A DNA stretch of 64,000 nucleotides from Octopus vulgaris (taxonomy: Eukaryota), in assembly GCA_951406725.2 (NCBI GenBank), contig OX597822.1, positions 4,960,001-5,024,000 on the forward strand, in the 5' to 3' direction. This document shows, piece after piece, positions 11,336 to 25,419 of this stretch (position 1 is its first letter; the number at the start of each line of letters is the position of its first letter). A program made the position numbers and the translations under genes. The notes below the pieces were generated by a model. The model had not been told where the DNA came from, did not search any database, and saw nothing but the letters and a program-made list of their open reading frames with translations.

Positions 11336-12136
11336 AACACTGAGTGAAAGTCAATAACAACACTTACACAATTTTGAAGAAATAAATACTGTATATTACT
11401 GTGAAATGAAACAGTTAAATATTGTTAAGAGTGGTGAAGTTCTTTCTTATGGAACTTGGGGAGTTATTTAATGGCTACAGCAGTAGATAGTGTTGGTGTT
11501 GCAATTGGTAGAGAAGGAGGAAGAAGATGAGGGCTGAGAAAGCAGGCGTGTGACTTCTACTGGAAAGAAGCCAGCAGATTCTTGGCAACCTAAATTGCTG
11601 CTATTTTAAGAAAGTGGAATCCACAGAAAAGATGAATGGTAAAATAAATATTCTTTCTCGAAATATTCAATAGTTCTAGAGTGTTGGAACATTTATGGCT
11701 TTTTATTTAAATAAACACATCAGATCCGGCTTGTTTGAATGGACAACTGAATGAAGGAGGAACAAACATTCTGTAGTGAGAGAAGTTCAGTTTAGATGTA
11801 GTAATAGTTGAAAATAGATAAGTCTTTCTCCCAGGGGCAGGCAATGATAAGATATCCGATAAATACAATGGAGTTCATTGACAGAATAATGTCGAATGTA
11901 TAATTTATGGCAGGAAATTAGAGAGAGAAAGAGAGATAGAGAGAGAGGAAGTAATAGAAGAAAATGAGAGAAAATGTGTGTAGTGACATAAAAAGAGGAA
12001 TCAAAAAAAAGAGGAGAATATTTGCTACATAGAAAAGAGTGTGTATGAGAAGGAACATAAGAGATAGATGGAAAAAGACAAGGCAGAAATACAAGAAAAA
12101 ATTTAGAGGTAAGATGAAAGAGTGCATAAACACACA

Positions 12137-12282
<146 letters not shown>

Positions 12283-14539
12283 AGCTGTAAAAGACAGAAA
12301 TGCAAAATTCAGAGCCGCAATAGAGTGAATTCTCAGCTTCCAATGTGTGTGTGTACCTCTGTGTGTGCATACACATGTGCATGTGTGTATGTTGTTTCTT
12401 GTTTTCAAGCCACAAGTGGAAACAGATTTTGTTTTTGGGAACTTCATTTTGTCAATAAAAATACACGGCTGTAATTCACTTCATTAGTCACTTGTTGATT
12501 TGTCAATGCCCTTTATTACATCCCTGAAGACATATAAATGTGATGGTTTCCTAACATCTTTTATTACACCTCTGGAGACTTGCCAGTGAACATATTGACA
12601 CACCTACATGGGCTATAGTGAAAGATTTTGATTAAAGTCATTAATTAATAAAGAAGTGAACTGTAACCATTGCATGTGTTTTATGTTAGAGTAACCCTTC
12701 AAAACTGTGTGGTTTTGAAGTCTACTTTGCAAGTCTGTGATTTCAGATTCAGTCCCACAAGTGAAATTACTTGAGCAAAAGCAACAATCTTATGTTCACA
12801 ATTCCAATTCCCTATCAACAAACCAACCAGAGGCTCAGCACTTTTGAATACAAGTGGAATAAAATCTGCTAACTCGAAAATCAGGTAAGGTTTAGAGACA
12901 AGAGGAACATCTAATTACAAAACAATGCCTTAGTAATATGTCTTTGTCCAATCTACCTACACTAGTAAAGAAAAATGAACACTAAATGAACAAACAAATA
13001 CACACACTAAGTAGAAAGCAGTGTATAATAATGATGGATACATAACGCTAAGAGTTATCACTATCAGAATAAGTAAACTCTATGTTATTGATAAATTCTC
13101 AGTTTAATGTTATCAGCTGGATCTTGTTATTAACGTGTTCCCCTTAGATAACAATAAACTATAAGTTAACTGTTGTGCAAGAGTACAATGCCTCCTGGTG
13201 AGAATGGACTGGATCACTACATATAGTAAGTCAGATAGCTTGTACTAGTTCCACAGTTTGTGTGTTGATAGTTCAAAGTTTAGAGTTCGAGTTAGCATGT
13301 TGGATTGTTGGTCCTTAAAAGACTTGTTACGTTCCATGTGGTGACTACTGTTTGTTTCAATTATATTGTTATTACACTGTTGCAGTGTATTTGTTCATCT
13401 AGAAGGATATAACATTAAGATAAGCCACTTACTGTAAAAATGATTACAAGAAGTGACTTCTACTCAGTGTGTGTGTTTGTGTGTGTACTTATAAAAATGG
13501 AGAGAGAGAGAGAAAGAAATTATTTCAAACTTTGAGAAGTGTTCTTATCACACTTTATATCTGACTAAATATTTAAACACTCTACTACATACTTAATAAT
13601 AACTATACTAACCTCTCACATTTCTTTTTAACTTTATCATTGCTCTTAACAAGAAGCCATTATCACACTTGACCCCTCTTAAAACAAGCAGTATACAACA
13701 AAAGCCCTGATGACTGCTCTAAATGTTAGACCTCTCTATCATTGAAGATCTGTCATGGTAAAACATTCTTAGCACGGTTAAGATTGCATCTTAATGACTG
13801 GTTCTTTTCTGCAGGGTCAGAAAATACTTTAGCTCTCTAACCGCTACAATTATTGAGAATCTACAGAGCTTGGGGTGATGCCCACAAAAGAATATTAGTT
13901 CCACATTGTGCAGCTGCACATACATATACATCCTAGAAGACATTCAGAAAAAAACAAACGTTCAGCTGATTGGCAGCTTCCTTGGATTCCGTTTTTACTT
14001 TTAACTTAGTAAAATATATAAAAGTTTACCGAATATCTTACAGCTTATCTAACCGTCATAATGACTAAATCTGTATTTTATTCTTATAATTTAACTTACA
14101 ATTTAACCTTCTAGTCTTGTTACCTTTTATTTTATACATACATGTTAGCCCAGCTACCTTTCAATTTATACTTACTGCTTGTACTACCACCTCTGAGTCG
14201 GTACTTACTGATACTGCTATCACTCCTATCAGTCCTATTGATATAGGTATCAATACTTACTGATGGTCCTGTTTCTTTCAAGTCTATAATCCCTGTTATG
14301 TCTATATGTACTGTGACACATCACTTCTCAATCCATACTTAATAAAACTAAAGTTAAAAGTTAGCTGAATCCCTGAGAAGAGAAGTGATTTTAAGCCAGC
14401 ATTGGACACATAAATCATTCATCTATTCTTTTTAACCTTATTTAATGCTTCATTACTGAATTTCTTTTATAGTATTTCAAGTTCTGTAGTTGATAGGTGA
14501 GCGATAGGGGTCTTTCAATGCCGAGTTCATAATATAGCA

Positions 14540-14970
14540 CATCATCCCCATCATCATTTAGTGTCTGTTTTTCATGCTGGCATGGGTTAGACAGTTTGAT
14601 TGCAACTGGTAAGCTGGAGAGCTGCACCAAGCTGCAGTCTGTTTTGGCCTGGTTTCTACAGCTGGATGCTCTTCCTAATGCCAACCACTCCATAGAGTGT
14701 ATTAGATGTTTTTTATGTGCCACTGGCACGGGTGTTTTTTACATGTCAGCAGTACAGGTGCCTATAATGTGTCACTAGCAAGGGTGTATCTTTTAAGTGT
14801 CACTAGCATGGGTGCTTTTATGTGTCACCGACATCGGTACCTTCTTTGTATCACTGGCACAGATGCCTTTTGTGTGTCGCTGGCATCAGTACCTTTTACG
14901 TGTCACTGGCATGGGTGCCTTTTGTGCATCACCGGCATGGGTGCTCTTCGTGTGTCACCGGCATTGGCAA
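14540..14970 (-). mobile_element. Family C retroposon with a degenerate array of about 30-bp units
   Basis: Family C tail followed by about 9 diverged units like gtgtcactggcatgggtgcttttt (14705-14970). Confidence 0.75.
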
Positions 14971-15296
14971 CAACTAACACCATCAGCAAATGTTAAAAAC
15001 ACAATTCCTCAGTAACTCTAATTCTACAACAATCATTATGACAACAAATTCTCTGCTATGTTCATGTTTTTCTCGTTTTACCTTCTTGCTTTTTACATTT
15101 CAGTTGTGAAATGACAGGCAGGAAATTCACATTCAAATACTACTATTACAACTCATGGGCAAAGACAATTGGTTCTACATTACCTCAGTTTATCTAACTG
15201 AAGAAAAGACTAATTATGTGAATGACTACTTGCATGAGCTAATATAATTTTATAGGAAAAAATGAATGTTATTATATGTTTCAAAGCAGCAAATAT

Positions 15297-15492
15297 TGGT
15301 TTAAAATTTTGGCACACGACCATAAATTCCAGGGGAGGGATTGAGTCAAATACATCAGCCCCAACAATCAACTGGTAACCCCCAAAAGGTTAAAAAATGA
15401 AGTCAACCTCAGTAGAATTTGAACTCAGAATATAAAGATGGACAAAATGCCACTAAGCATTTTGCCTGATGTGCTAATGATTCTGCCAGCCT
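15297..15492 (-). mobile_element. SINE family B, degenerate
   Basis: ...gaatttgaactcagaa...taagcattttgcctgatgtgctaatgattctgccagc. Confidence 0.7.
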
Positions 15493-16654
15493 TAGAGCAG
15501 CAAATATTAACTCAATAATGAACACAACACAAGTGTAGAATCTAATTCCATGATAATTCTATTGACATTGACTTTATGTGTATGGCTACTTCAAACTATC
15601 ATCCCTTATCAATTTACAATTGAATAGTTAATATTGAAAAAGTAGTAAAACCTACTTTAATTAATGAATTAGTAATTATCCTAATTTTCTAAAATCACTT
15701 TTCTACTTCCAGAAAAGAAATGCTAAAAAGAATTAAAAACACAAAAAAGAAATCTAAATTAAAAAGACTTAAAATTGTGAAATGTTTCACAAGATATTCA
15801 GTTAAAAAGTTTAATAAAAGCTTCTTTGATGTGTTTAAATTATATATAACACAATTAAGGCAATTACATTCATAAACAAACATTTATTTCTATCTTTTAT
15901 TCCTGTATTATAACAAACAAAACATTAAAAACAAGGGCAAATGAAAATAATATAATAATGGTATTCCAGCATATCCTATAGCAGCCTAGAAAATTGCCTG
16001 CTTTCTTATTCACAAACATATACACACTGTGACCAATAGAATCATGATGATCATGATCACCACCATGACCAAATGAAGCCAGTAACCTATACATCTATAC
16101 AAAAAAAAAATACAAAAAAAAAGCAAGAATGTATTTCCTTTTCATTTTAACCTTATCGACATCAGAATGCACAATAAAGTGCTTGTTATTTGCTGGCTTC
16201 ATTAAACAATGTGAAAGGGTCATTATATTAACAATTCTTCTCTCTTTCCCATGTGCACGTGTGTGTGTGTGTGTGTGTGTGTAGTTATTGTACCTATGTA
16301 TATAATGTTCCTTGGCACATTTCTGGCTTTGATTAGTGAGAATAATTAATGTCATTAGTTTTGCATTAATAAATCAGAAACATGTGGTTTTGTGGTTTTT
16401 GGCATTCATCATTACTGATTTACAAGTGAGCACACATGTATGTGTATAACAGATTTATAAAGGTGTTTTAATTATGCACACACACACACACATACACACA
16501 CATGTAAATGTGTGTGTATGTGTATATATATATGTGTGAGTGCGTATGTCAGAATCTGCATCATATATACACATATATACTAATAGGCATATACATATAT
16601 ATTTGCATATATCTCATTTATAAACAGATACAAACACAGAAACAGAAAATGATT

Positions 16655-17045
16655 ACATTTTAACATCCATTTTTCCATTTTTGCATAGCTTGGATGGAAT
16701 TTTTAAGGCAGATTTTCTTTGGATTGATGTCTTTCTTGTAACCAATTTTTAGCTGCTATTTTAATATTACTCCATGTTTTCAAGAAAATTAGAAATGAAA
16801 GATACCACTACATGAAATGACATTCATTTAAAACTATAAGGTAATGTCAAGACAAGGGACAACAATTCAAACACATTCACACTCACACAAAATGGGCTTC
16901 TTTCAGAATCTGTCTATCAGATCCACACATTAGGCTTTGGCCAGCCTGGGGCTATAGCAGAAGATACTTGGCAAAAGTGTCATGCAGTGGAACTGAACCC
17001 AGAACCATATGGTGGGAAACAGGGTTCTTAACCACACAGTCATTC
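16655..17045 (-). mobile_element. Composite SINE: family A head with an alternative tail
   Basis: Family A head at 16895-17045 joined to a tail homologous to 51070-51330. Confidence 0.6.
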
Positions 17046-17046
17046 A

Positions 17047-17095
<49 letters not shown>

Positions 17096-17099
17096 GTGG

Positions 17100-17270
17100 A
17101 TCGTCGGCAACTTTTTTTCTCCGTCTCCTGTTTCTGATGAAGAGCTTTGCTTGAAACGTAAAACTACCTTCCTTTCCTTCCCTGAATATCTGCTAATACT
17201 TTGCATGTACTATGTCCTTGCATTGTTGTTTTTTCGTGTTGTGTTTGTTCTTTATTTTTTTTAAAAATTT
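17100..17270 (+). mobile_element. Short Penelope-like terminal element in (TA)n
   Basis: Contains the hammerhead at 17130-17164, followed by ...cctgaatatctgctaatac... and a T-rich tail like the copies at 195-332 and 19080-19272. Confidence 0.65.
17130..17164 (+). ncRNA. Minimal type I hammerhead ribozyme motif
   Basis: Stem I gttt/aaac, core CTGATGA, stem II gagc-ttt-gctt, GAAA, short palindromic stem III (ACGT), cleavage triplet GTA. Confidence 0.65.
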
Positions 17271-17884
17271 ACTATATATATATATATTGGGGGTGGGGAG
17301 AGATTTTAGCAACACAAACTTGTAAATATATCGATCTGAATGATTGTATACTTATAAATACACAAATCTTAAGAAATCACACAAACACATCAAATTTTTT
17401 TGCCTGAATGACAGTATACATATTTCGACAGTATGTGTGTGCGCGTGCGCACATCTGTGTGTGTGTGCGTGCATGTGTGTGTGTGTGTTTGCAGGTATTT
17501 TGAAAATAGCTCATGGACGTGTTGACCATGCTCTGCATAGTTACATGTTGCCCTTTGACAAGGTATGGCGCCCATTCAACCACTCTGCCAGGACCGCAGC
17601 ATGGCAGATTGTGAAGAGGAGATCAACTTCTTACATTGATGCTTAGCAGAGGAATCCTAAAAGATCAACAGTCAGGATTACCAATCTTTATCAAGAGAGT
17701 AACGGCAATGCATCCATTGAGGTGGTGTCCATGTTTGTGCTGTCAGCTAATGAAAGAGTCACAATGACTCAAGTTCTGTTTCTCTGTCACACTCAAACCT
17801 TTCATCATCTAACACAAGATTTCCCCACTCCAATGCCCCTACTCCTCTCAAAATTCCTTGTCTTTCAACTTAATTAGGGACCCT

Positions 17885-18195
17885 ACCAGTGCTGGGGCTA
17901 CGTGAAAAGCACCCAGTCCACACTGTAAAGTGGTTGGCATTTGGAAGGGCATCCAGTTGTAAAAAGCCATGCCAAAACTGACCTCACCTGTGCTGGTGCC
18001 ATGTAAAAAGCACTCAGTCCGCTCTGTGGAGTGGCTAGTGTTAGGAAGAGCATCCAGCTGTAAAATCCCTGCCAAAATATACACAATAGCTTGGAGTAGT
18101 CTTCTACCTGGCCGTCTCCAGCCAACCATCTTACTCATGCAAGCACGGAAGATGTTGACCAATGATGATGATGATGATGATGATGATGAAGATGA
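17885..18195 (+). mobile_element. Family C retroposon with an internal duplication
   Basis: Two successive aaaagcac...gtggttggc...ggaagggcatccag...gtaaaa blocks, then a (GAT)n tail. Confidence 0.75.
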
Positions 18196-18486
18196 TAGAA
18201 AGTCATGGGAATCTGCGAAAGCAGTGTGACCAATATCACATTACATACAAATGCCAATTTCCTTTTATGTACACACACGGCAATTCATTTTATGCATGCA
18301 GACATTTTTATTTTGCATAATTTCTATTGTTTATACTCAGGAAAATATAGACATGTGATCAATCATATGTGTATCAACATTAATCAAAAATGTTGACATG
18401 GGCAAAATTTCATATGCATATTTCTGAGAGAGGCTGTAGTGGGGTTTGTCTGTCTGTCAGTCTGCCTATCTCTCTCTCTCTCTCTC

Positions 18487-18572
<86 letters not shown>

Positions 18573-18575
18573 CAT

Positions 18576-18880
18576 GGAGGTGCAATGGCCTAGTGGTTAG
18601 GGCAGTGGACTCGCGGTCGCAGGATCGCGGTTTCAATTCCCAGACCGGGCATTGTGAGTGTTTATTGAGCGAAAACACCTAAAAGCTCCACGAGGCTCTG
18701 GCAGGGGGTGATGATCCCTACTGTACTCTTTCACCACTCTTTCTCCCACTCTTTCTTCTGTTGGTCCTGCTCGCTTAGCCAGCGGGGTGGCGTCATTCGA
18801 AGGCTAAAACAATGCGAACGCATTGTGACCAGCGATATGTAACTACATCTGATGGTCTGGTCGGTCACGTGATCACGTGA
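18576..18880 (+). mobile_element. tRNA-derived SINE, family D (tail type 1)
   Basis: Head ggaggtgcaatggcctagtggttagggcagtggactcgcggtcgc...ggtttcaattccc with A and B boxes. Head and middle are shared with 55460-55847. Confidence 0.85.
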
Positions 18881-19079
18881 TATATATACATATATATATA
18901 GAGGTATACATACATGCATATATACTAAACAAAACAGGAAACATTTTGGTATTATTCATTAAGCATGTTTCATTTGCTAATAGGAATTACAAAGATTTAC
19001 ATGTTACATAGATATGTAAAAGCATTTCCTATTAGAAATTCTTCAGACACACACACACACACACACAAACACATATAAA

Positions 19080-19272
19080 TAGTTGAAATTTATAGAAAAA
19101 CAAAATGACAAAGACAGGTGTATGAACAACAAACAAGTGCATTCGTTTGATACTCGGGAAAATGAAAAAGTCTTTTATGTTTTGAGCCTATGCTCTTCAA
19201 CAGAAAGGAATTAAAGAAAATAAACAGAGAGAGAATGAAAAAACTTGTAGATTTATTGCTCTAGCATGGTGA
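19080..19272 (-). mobile_element. Short Penelope-like terminal element with a decayed hammerhead-like fold (19172-19207)
   Basis: Reverse complement: cttt-CTGTTGA-a-gagc atag gctc-AAAA-ca-TA-aaag. Homologous to 195-332. Confidence 0.6.
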
Positions 19273-19476
19273 ATATATATATATATATATATATATAATA
19301 ACTTTTTGGTTAGGTGTAAATACACCTAAGGGATATTAAATATTTGAAGAATTTATGAGATATATCATTTGTTTGTATAAAATATTTAAATTGAATTGAA
19401 TTTATAATTGTTCAATTTATTGTTTTGCTTTGTTTTTCCGTTTCTGATTTACACCCACACCCATACACACACACAC

Positions 19477-19530
<54 letters not shown>

Positions 19531-19659
19531 TATGGCTATATGGTTGAGAAATTTGCAGCACTAGTGGATAAATGCCTACTACTATAATGTTGGGTTGACT
19601 AAAGCCTTGTGAGTAGCAGACAGAAATGGAAAGAAACCTATCAGGCTTTTATCACAGTT

Positions 19660-20095
19660 GGTAACTAAAAGATTCTCTCTCAGAGCAAAAGGCAGACTGT
19701 TGTTTGTGAATGAAATGCAATGCAACATTGTAGTGAGGCAATGGCCCTGAAGCAGAACTGATAAAGACTAGAAAGAAATGAATCTTGCATGCTCCATTGT
19801 AAATTTGCATAAATTACTAATTACAAATGAGCCATGGGAAAAGTTGGGCATAAGAGAAATCAGATGTATTATGCAAGAAAGACTATGCTTGTATGGACAT
19901 ATGATGTACATGGATGATGATGGCATGTAAAGAAGTGTCAATCAGTTAATGTGGATGAAGCTTGTAAAAGTGGGAGACCCATCAAGGCATGTGATGAAGT
20001 AGTGAAGGCTGATCTCAAGACTTTGAACCTCATGGAAATGACTAAGGGTCTGGATGAGTGGCAATGTGTAGTACTTGAAAAACCTTGCTCATCTT
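19660..20095 (+). mobile_element. RTE-clade LINE 3' remnant
   Basis: Frameshifted translation RLERNE...EKLGIREIRCIMQERLCLYGHMMYMDDD...GRPIKACDEVVKADLKTLNL. Matches the RTE C-terminal RLRWxGHV...GRPRKTW pattern. Confidence 0.7.
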
Positions 20096-22519
20096 GGTGT
20101 AACTGAGGTTCAGGAAGCACAGTGTGTGTATGATTGAACACACACACATACATCTCAATACATATATGTATATATACATACAACTGGCCTCTTGCTTAAT
20201 TTCCTCCTCAAGCCTTCCCATCACCCATCTCTATCACTGATCACTCTGAACTACAGTATTCAGATGCTGTAATCAAATGAAAGCAAGATTGTATATTTCA
20301 TCATTATTTTCTGCGATACCAATTATCTTTCTCACATCCCAGAACCACTTCACCTGTTAAATGTTCTTCATTCTTGCTCCTCTCCACTGACATTTTACAT
20401 TGATCACCCTTTCTGTGTCACTAAATTACCTCTCCTTCTAAACCACCATACATATCTTACTGTCCCTGTACACTAAATCTGCTTCTATCCTCACTCTCCT
20501 ACAACCTAATCACTCACACATCATCTTTCTCTCTCTGCCATACTTCCCCCATCTGTTGTATTAGTATTATTATTAGTATTCTATTGCTTTTCACCCACGT
20601 CTGTACTCTCATCCACTCTTCAGTCCTATCTAATATCTGCAGACATCATCAACTCTTTCATACCTTCCTGTCAAACACTTTGTTCTTCATTTATCATATT
20701 TGTCTCCTCCACCATTCCCCAATCACCTAATACACATGCCTGCAACTTCAACTCACCCACACCTCCTGTTCTTCTGTCACCACTAATTTCTATTCATCTT
20801 CTTGTACCATGAGGGTCCACCCTAACATGAGAGAGAGAGGGGGAAGTGGAGAAAGAGAGATTCTTGTATGTAGAAATATCTCATTCATACAAGAATCAAT
20901 AGATACAACAGTAGTATCAACAAATATACTTCACATTCATGGCATAAATCTATTAATATGCTCATAATACACCCAAAACAACTATGTCATAGACATATAA
21001 ATATATACATATGTGTGTACATGATATAAATTTTAATAACATATTTGATAATACAAAGCATACACAATACAAAATGTGATGTTTTAACAAAAAAAAACAA
21101 AAAAAAACAAAGATACAATTGAAACCATTGTGACAATAACATATATTTGTGAACACACAGCAATATGATGTGTATACATTTTGTACTTACATGTGTGTAT
21201 ACATACGTATGCACTTTCATAAATTTAAATAGAAATTTATATACATCCATATATACTTGCACACACACACACACACACATATATATGCATACACATACAC
21301 ACACATATGCATGTATACATACACACAACACTCATATACGTATTTCATAATTCCAATTGAATATTTGCAGGTTTATATATACACATATAAACACACATGC
21401 TTAAGTGTGTTTGTGTATATATATGAATAGATATACATGCACACAAACTCATTTAGTTATGAATTCATAACATTCGATAGGAAATATCAAATGAATAATT
21501 GAAAAAGTGAACAATACATTCGAGCCTCACGCCCCCTTAATAACTGGCTCTCAGCCAATGTTACCACAATAGCGCCTTGGATTCATGCAAATGTTACATG
21601 GTAAAATAATCTGTATACTTTCACTGCGCTTTCCACCTGCACAACATTCAAACACACTAATTTCAATCTACTTCAAATCTTAATATGAAACAGGAGAGAA
21701 ATCAGAATAGCTAAGTCTGTTCTATACTCAGCAGTCAGCAAGTCTGAAGAATTTAATCTATTTTAGCTGCCTGGTGAGTGCCATACAGCAACAATGTGCT
21801 TTTGGTATGATGGGTTTGCAACTTGGATTCAGTTTGCATCACCTTGATTGCGCTATTAATGAGAAAAGCATGAATGTTGCACAAATCCACTCCATAACCT
21901 TTGTAAATTTAATGTTTGCACCGTCTGTCTGTTTGAGTAATCTGCATGATTCAGCTGTCCAGTCATGTCCAAGCTTATTTCTTTAAAGTTTTTCATCCAT
22001 CAGCTGCTTAAAATACAAAAGCAGTGAGTTTGATGGCTTAGATGGCAAAACACTGTACTGGATGGTTTTCTGTAACAAGAACTATTCCAAGTTCAAATCA
22101 TGCAAGGGATGACTTTAACTTTCAATTCTCAATTAAGTGTCAAGGAAATAAATACCAATGACAAACTTACACTAATTCAATTTATTGTACCATCTCCTTT
22201 ATGAAACTGAGCCCAGTCAAAATAAATTTGTTATATAAAACAAGGATGGGCAGTGAATTGGCCGAATGGTAAAGCATCCATGTAAACTTTGAGTTTGTTT
22301 CTCAACATTTTGATTTCAAAGCTTGCTGACAGCTTTGTTTGTTAACTCACCCTGTCTCTCTCTCTCTCTCCCCGTCTCTCTCTCTCCCTCTCTCTCTGGT
22401 ACTGGTGAGACAAGTACCAGTAATAAAATAGAGTCAATTTAATCAACTCCAACAAAAATTGATGCTCAAGAATGCCTGTCCTCCACAGCAGAAGTGATAA
22501 GGCCACCTCCCCTGGTAAA

Positions 22520-22770
22520 GGGGATTGGCTAGCTAGAGTCTGGTGCTGGTGCCACATAAGCGCTTGTGCCAGTGCCGTGTAAATGTGCTTGTACTGGTGG
22601 CATGTTAAAAGCACCTAACACACACTGTAAAGTGGTTGGTGTTAGGAAGGGCATACAGCCATAGAAATCAAGTTATATCAGAATGGAACCTGGTTGCCAG
22701 CTCAGGTCAAACCGTCTAACCCATGCCAGCATGGAAAATGGATGATAAAGGATGATGAGGATGATGATGA
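22520..22770 (+). mobile_element. Family C retroposon
   Basis: Short gtgccag/ggtggc units, then aaaagcacc...gttaggaagggcat...catggaaaatggatg and (GAT)n. Confidence 0.7.
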
Positions 22771-23993
22771 TATTTGTTGACTCAGAACTCAAGAGAAATC
22801 ATTGCATAAAATATATGGGACAATATTATAGAAATCAATATTGCACTTCAATAAAAACAATAGATACATACTACTTCTTTATAGAAATACCCTACTTTAA
22901 AATGGACCAAACGTTGCATGGAAATACAGTTATATGCTAAATGCACCATCTAATCAATTTCTGTACATTAGTTACAATACCTGCTACAATCACTACACTC
23001 AAATCTTTGTTACTCTTTCCAGCTTCCAGAAAAGACAGAAAAATAACTTAACTTTCGTCATCTAATCTGCCAACATAACAGAATTGCTATCAGATAAGCA
23101 TTCTGATAAATTATTAAAAGTATTCTTTGCTTGTCCATTATTGCACAGACTTCTGGAGTATGACAAAATCTCCTCTGATTAATTAAATTTTCATAAATAA
23201 ACTTCCAGAAGTTAGTTTTTCTTCACTTTTGTAAGTAAATGTGCATGCGAATAAATGTGTGTGCATGCACACACATACACACACATCTGTGAGTGAGCAT
23301 GAAAGCAAAATATGTGTGTACATAAAGGAGTAGGAATAAATGAGCATTTAAAAAAAAAATTTACACATAAATGGCGGTGCCCCAGCATGGCCACAGCTTG
23401 TGAGCTGAAACTAGATAAAAAAAAAAAAAATATTTGTTATGTACTATAAGGTACACCATATAAAGTTGTGTAGCCATCATGTGATGTGAAATATCTTTTA
23501 CTAATTTCTCATGTACGAAGGTGATGACCATGGCCTCCAAACAGAATGCCCTATAAAATTGCAACTGGTGAGGCCAATCTCCTATTTTCTGTCCACAGGG
23601 AAATTAGAGAAACAGAACCCACTTGCTTACATTTGTGCAGCATGTTTGATGACACATCAGAGAGATAACTAAAAACAAAAATGAAATGACTTGTATTGCA
23701 TGACAGAGTATACTGTATAACACATCTCTATCATCTGAAATAAACTTAGTGCATCTATAATTAATTACTGAATACATGTAAATATTTTTGTTCTGCAATA
23801 TCTGCATTCATAAGTGTGTATGTGTGTGTGTGCATGTGTGCGAAAACATGTAATTGCCAATGTGTGTGGTTGTTTCTGCAATATGCATATATCAATATCT
23901 GTGTGTTTAAATAGAAATAAATATAAGGTCAGATCAGATATAGGGATATGCACCATTGCAGCACTGTGTTGCATCCTCCATTTGTCAATATAT

Positions 23994-24202
23994 ACTGGCA
24001 GAATTGTTAGCATGTCAGGCGAAATGCTTAGTGGTATTTCATCTGTCTTTATGTTCTGAGTTCAAATTCTGCCGAAGTTGACTGTCTCTCATTCCTTTGG
24101 GGTCGATAAGATAAATACCAGTTGAATAAGTACCAAGTGGGGTTGTAATCGATTCTTCCCTTCCTCCAAAATTGCTGCCCTTGTGGCAAAATTTGAAACC
24201 AA
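23994..24202 (+). mobile_element. SINE family B
   Basis: ctggcagaattgttagcatg...gagttcaaattctgccg...ggggtcgataag...aaaatttgaaacc. Confidence 0.8.
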
Positions 24203-24533
24203 TACCTACTCAGGTTGCGCCAGGCAACCATCTGAGTAGTACTGCAGTTGGTTCCCATCTCCTCAAGAAAGCTCCACGTCCTGCCATGACCATGAGGCAT
24301 GTGAACAATTAAGATAAGCCATCAACCCAGCAGGATCCTCAGACAAAAGGACATAGTGCACAGAATCCAACTTGGAAAACTGAGCAAAATGACACATCCC
24401 AGTTTCTGAGTATAATCACTGGTTGGATTGAAGTCTGACCAATGGTAGGTCATAAGCCTATGACTTCTCTTAAATGTCTGAAATAAGCTGAAGTTTTTTT
24501 AAGACTAAAATTAACCTTACCTTTTAGAGTGCA

Positions 24534-24906
24534 TTCTTTTATTCTTTTACTTGTTTCAGTCATTTGACTGTGGCCATGCTGGAGCACCGCCTTGAAGGGA
24601 TTTTTAGTTAAATCAACCCTAGGATTTATTTCTTAAACCTAGTACTTATTCTATTGGTTTCTTTTGGTGAACCACTAAGTTACAGGGATGTAAACACACC
24701 AACACCAGTTGTCAAGTGGTGAGTGGGGGGAAAACACAGGCGCAAAGACACGCACACACACAACAGGCTTCTTTCAGTTTCCTTCAACAAAATCCCCTCA
24801 CAAGGCTTTGGTCAGCCTGAGGCTATAGTAGAAGACACCCAAAGTATCACACAGTGGACTTGAACCTGGAAGCATATGGTTGGAAAGCAAGCTTCTTACC
24901 TACCAC
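24534..24906 (-). mobile_element. SINE family A
   Basis: Reverse complement match, diverged. Confidence 0.85.
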
Positions 24907-25419
24907 ATGTGGCTTAACTGATAAAGATATTATTAATCTCAGATTAGAAGATAAACATCCTTAATGACATTCAATTACTCATTATTTGATTCTTTTCCTT
25001 GCCTTTTGGTTACTGGACGGTGGCAATTCTGGAGCACTGCCTAGTAGGGTTAGACAAACAAAATGACACCAGTACTAATTTTAGGCCAGGTACTTATTCT
25101 ATCAGTTTCATTTACTGAAACACTAAGTTGGGGGACATAAATCAACCAGTGTTGGTTTGTTTATATCCTCTATCTTAGATTTCTAGCAGTAGTGTGAGAA
25201 ATACAAAAGAAACACACAGCAATGCATATAAGATGGACTCACACAATGTTCAATGACTGCAAAGTGAACATCTTCATCACTCAGCCATGTATGTACTTTG
25301 TATCTAGGGACACATATCCAAGAATATGACAATCAGTGATTTAACTGATGAAAACATTGTGCGAATATTGTAAACGTACCCTTCAGAAGATGAGGTTAAT
25401 AATTTGGAAGCTTTCAGTC

